Positions 62,079-64,000 of a stretch of DNA of 64,000 nucleotides are shown here, in pieces (position 1 is the stretch's first letter; each line of letters starts with the position of its first letter). The notes below the pieces were generated by a model that was not told the DNA's origin, searched no databases, and was given only the letters and a program-made list of their open reading frames with translations. The position numbers and the translations under genes were made by a program. The stretch comes from Campylobacterota bacterium (lineage in GTDB: Bacteria; Campylobacterota; Campylobacteria; Campylobacterales; Arcobacteraceae): contig JBNJFB010000001.1 in NCBI GenBank assembly GCA_051746405.1, forward strand, positions 1-64,000, given 5' to 3'.

Positions 62079-64000
62079 TTATCTACTTGCACCTAGTATA
62101 TTAAACTGTTTTAAAGTCTCTAAATCTTCCTCATCTTGTACATTTTCTGCAAAGACTTTTATATTTAACAGTGAAGATAATTCAGAAATAGACTCCACAA
62201 AACTTTGCTTTGATTTCTCATTTGAGATATTTGTTGTATAGCTTCTAGCAAGTCTTATATAATCTAAATTAAAATCTTTGATATTATCTAGTGGGATAAA
62301 TTTTGTTTCAAATCTTTTAATAATCACTTTTGCACCAAATTTGTGTATCTCATCTGTAAAAAACTTAAGCTTTTGTACATCTTTTGCTGCAGCATAAGCA
62401 GTAATTGAGAATACTAAAAGAGAGCTTATCTCTTTGTATTTTGTAAGAGTCTCTTCAATCCATGAAATAAAGCCTGTGTCATTAATTGATTCAGGTGATA
62501 GGTTTATAGATATTTCATGTTTTATGCTATTTATTAATATATGTTCAATCACCTTTTTAATCACTTTTTTGTCAAACTGTGTGATTTTATCATACCGCTC
62601 TGCAATTGAGACAAATGTTCCAATTGGAATATCATTTTTATCTTTATCAACAGCTTTTGCAAATGCTTCTTGCATTATTATATTGCTTTCATTTGTATGT
62701 AAATTTCTTGCATCATTTATATATTTTACTTCAAAGTTTGAGTTTTGAATAATATCAAATACTAAATCTCTCCAAGACTCCATATCCCTTGCTAAATCGT
62801 CATTATCTCTAATAAATGATTCATTTGAGCCTATTAAAGTCGCTTTTTCATAAGCTTCACTTGCAGCTTGAAGCATATTAGGAATTGTTCCTATTTGATT
62901 AAAACCTGTTGCACCTATGTGAGCTATATCTTTTTTGTTATATTTAACAGCTAATCCATCAAGCTCTTTTTTTAGAAGTTTTGTATACTTAATAGCATCA
63001 TCATAGTTAAATTTCTTAGCAATACATGCAAATTTTGAACCAAAAAATCTATATATTTGGGTGTTTTTATTCTCTAGTTTTACGCTTTTTAATGTTCTTA
63101 CAAAATCTTTTATAAACTCATTTATCTCTTGATTTGTATGTGTCTTTGCAAAATTTGCTAAATCAAATATATTTATAACAAAAATATAACCTGTATCTTT
63201 ATTGATAAACATATTTTTTATATCTGTTTCAAAGCTCTGTTTTTGTTGTAAACCTGTTAATTCATCCTTTGATAATCTATTTGTAATATTTTCTAGGTTT
63301 TTATTTAGTTTATTTATTACAGACTCAATTTTTACTGACATATCATTCATTGAGATTGCTACACTTCTAATCTCAGTTGTCCATGGAAGTTTTTTAATAG
63401 TATCAAACTTTCCTGATGAGATTGTATTAGCTAATTTTTCAATCTTTTTTAAAGGTTTAAGTATATATTGAACAAATACAAATAGAATCATCATAGAGAT
63501 TAAAAATGCAACAAATGCATATAAAACAGCCCCTTTAGCTTGCTCATAAAGTTTAGCATAAGCTTCACCTGCATTTGCACTAACATAAACAGTAGCTGTT
63601 GTTTCCCAGCCACTTGAGATTTCACTTTTTTGCTCTTGTAAATTTATGGTAACTAGTTTAATAAACCATGATGGTACATAATCAAACTTCTCTTTTCTGT
63701 GTACTTTTGCTATTATTTTATTTATATTTAGATTTGCAAATGTATCAATAACTTGATTTTTTTCATTTTCTACTGTGAAGTTAAATGAAACACTATCATT
63801 TTCTTTGAAGTTTTTATTTGGTTTGAATATATATGTGGCTGTATCTTCATATAAAAGATTTTGTGTATTTTCTGTAAACTCTTCATTTAAGCTATCTAGC
63901 TGTTGGGATAGTTCTAAGTCTGTTGTTTGTTTCTCTATAGTTCCTAAGTCATTAGCCACATCTATATTTGTAATAGTCCAGTTTTGAGTGTGAATATCTG
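62079..64000 (-). CDS. LapD-like HAMP-GGDEF-EAL protein with degenerate catalytic motifs (5' end beyond the window)
   Basis: VPSWF, SSGW periplasmic motifs, TM-HAMP; GGDEF position reads FGSKF, EAL reads EAF, no DDFG. The frame stays open to position 64000. Confidence 0.8.
   Translation of the reverse strand, partial: DIHTQNWTITNIDVANDLGTIEKQTTDLELSQQLDSLNEEFTENTQNLLYEDTATYIFKPNKNFKENDSVSFNFTVENEKNQVIDTFANLNINKIIAKVHRKEKFDYVPSWFIKLVTINLQEQKSEISSGWETTATVYVSANAGEAYAKLYEQAKGAVLYAFVAFLISMMILFVFVQYILKPLKKIEKLANTISSGKFDTIKKLPWTTEIRSVAISMNDMSVKIESVINKLNKNLENITNRLSKDELTGLQQKQSFETDIKNMFINKDTGYIFVINIFDLANFAKTHTNQEINEFIKDFVRTLKSVKLENKNTQIYRFFGSKFACIAKKFNYDDAIKYTKLLKKELDGLAVKYNKKDIAHIGATGFNQIGTIPNMLQAASEAYEKATLIGSNESFIRDNDDLARDMESWRDLVFDIIQNSNFEVKYINDARNLHTNESNIIMQEAFAKAVDKDKNDIPIGTFVSIAERYDKITQFDKKVIKKVIEHILINSIKHEISINLSPESINDTGFISWIEETLTKYKEISSLLVFSITAYAAAKDVQKLKFFTDEIHKFGAKVIIKRFETKFIPLDNIKDFNLDYIRLARSYTTNISNEKSKQSFVESISELSSLLNIKVFAENVQDEEDLETLKQFNILGASR

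Noticed and set aside
5524..63987. Short ORFs in the track that overlap long genes (e.g. 5524-5790, 8988-9266, 16259-16552, 34094-34522, 47577-47903, 61494-61907)
   Set aside because: They are antisense or off-frame shadows of well-supported CDSs, with no recognisable motifs.

Overview
AT-rich chromosomal window whose gene content and order (rpsB-tsf-ABC-acidic protein-gmk; nifU-TPR-murE; epsilon-type Mqo; cytochrome c553) point to Campylobacterota, most likely Arcobacteraceae (inference). Left 12.6 kb: an acetate-utilisation region with pta, two paralogous cassettes of [small membrane protein - solute:sodium symporter - cNMP/CBS/DUF294 nucleotidyltransferase - DEDDh exonuclease], and a Cache-sensor two-component system. 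A TAGCA-N6-TAGCA direct repeat lies upstream of each transcription unit. Next come an exactly duplicated Lys-Val-Glu-Asp tRNA block, housekeeping genes (mqo, ileS, murE, rpsB, tsf, gmk, ccoI/ccoS, hemH, valS), a reduced MoxR/Bat operon, a fluoroacetate-dehalogenase-like hydrolase, an AmmeMemoRadiSam locus with an AmrS-AmrB fusion, and znuCB behind a perfect palindrome. A ~5 kb accessory patch (about 43.0-47.9 kb) holds a decayed AAA ATPase, a PPP phosphatase, an RHH-like protein, a Zn-ribbon protein with an FtsZ-C-like domain, and HipBA. The right part has tpx-msrPQ, a candidate three-hairpin sRNA, a UvrD helicase, an RND pump and a partial LapD-like gene. No CRISPR array, rRNA, transposase or integrase was seen. 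All calls come from reading motifs by eye; no database searches were run.
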